Of a stretch of 64,000 nt of DNA, positions 62,953 to 64,000 are shown one piece after another; position 1 is the first letter of the stretch; each line of letters begins with the position of its first letter. The position numbers and the translations under genes were made by a program. Location: positions 20,060,894 to 20,124,893 of the forward strand of contig JAUZTB010000011.1 in assembly GCA_034780895.1 (NCBI GenBank). The letters run 5' to 3'. The notes under the pieces were generated by a model that saw nothing but the letters and a program-made list of their open reading frames with translations, ran no database searches and had not been told where the DNA came from. Source of the stretch: Rhynchobatus australiae (Eukaryota).

Positions 62953-64000
62953 CATAGAACATTACAGCACAGTACAGGCCTTTTGGCCTACGATGTTGTG
63001 CTGACATTTTATCCTGCTCTAAGATCCATCTAACTCTTCCCTACCACATAGCCCTCTATTTCTCCATCATTCATGTGTCTATCTAAGAGTCTCTTAAATG
63101 TCCCTAATGTATCTGCCTCCACCAGCTCTGCTGGCAGTGCACCACCCATCAGTGTTTTTCAAAAAAAAATTGCCTCTGATGTTCTCCACCACCCCCCACA
63201 TGCCTTCTTCCAATCACCTTAAAATTGTGCCCCCTTGTGTTAGCCAATTTTGCCTTGGGGGGAAGGAGTCTGATTATCCACTTGATCTATGCCCCTTATC
63301 TTGTACACCTCTATCAGGTCATCTCTCATCTTCCATTGCTCCAAAGAGGTAAAACCCTAGCTCACTCAACCTGTCCTCATAGACGTGCTCTCCAATCTAG
63401 CGGCATCCTGGTAAATCTCCTCTGCACCCTCTCTAAAGCTTCCACATCCTTTTTATAATGAGGCGACCAGAACTGAACACAACACTCCAAGTGTGGTCTA
63501 ACCAGAGCTCTACCTGAGCTCTTGAACTCAGTCCCCTGACTAATGAAGACCAACACACCATATGCCTCCTTAACAACCCTATTAACCTGTGTGGCAACCT
63601 TAAACTAGGGATGTGGACCCCAAGATCTGTTTGTCCACACTGCCAGAAGTCCTGCGGACCCCAAGATCTGTTTGTCCACGCTGCCAGAAGTCCTGCCATT
63701 AACCTTGTATTCTGCCTCTGAATTCAATCTTCCAAAGTATATTACTTCACACATTTCATAGTTGAACTCCATCTGCCACTTCTCAGCCCAGCTCTGCATC
63801 CTATCAATGTCCTGTTGTAACCTACAGCAACGTTCTACACTATCCACAATAACACCAACCTTCATGTCATCTGCAATCTTACTAACACACCCTTCTGCAT
63901 CCTCATCCAAGTCATTTATAAAAATCACAAAGAGCAGGGGTCCCAGAACAGTTCCCTGCAGAACATCACCTCCAGTCAAATACGCTCTGTCTACAACCAC
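62953..64000 (-). mobile_element. CR1 LINE RT + 3' end (continues beyond the window)
   Basis: Peptide LQGTVLGPLLFVIFINDLDEDAEGCVSKIADDMKVG..EKWQMEFN. Contains a 41 bp tandem duplication (63615-63655 / 63656-63696). Confidence 0.93.

Noticed and set aside
63615-63696. 41 bp tandem duplication inside a CR1
   Set aside because: Ordinary post-insertion slippage in a dead LINE; recorded under the feature only.

Overview
This is eukaryotic, AT-rich, CpG-depleted DNA with many N gaps. The repeat repertoire points to a cartilaginous fish, probably a ray-like lineage (inference): CR1 LINEs of two clades, Rex1/Babar, L2, Tx1/L1, Penelope-like elements, V-domain (HE1-type) SINEs, Deu-domain SINEs, LF-SINE-like relics and Tigger-like MITEs. 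No intact host protein-coding gene was recognised, so the window reads as intronic or intergenic. Nearly all ORFs in the track are transposon relics, antisense noise or N-gap artefacts. The most notable signal is a dispersed family of short Penelope-type units carrying a minimal type I hammerhead ribozyme motif (C[T/A]GATGA-stem II-GAAA-CGT[C/T]) with covarying helix I. Five such insertions have 13-22 bp target-site duplications, and one carries an inverted hammerhead pair. The window also has multi-level nested insertions, two back-to-back palindromes, a 38-44 bp minisatellite and several repeat-free islands that may be enhancers or small exons. Family names are recalled from consensus sequences rather than from a database search, and boundaries of old repeats are approximate.
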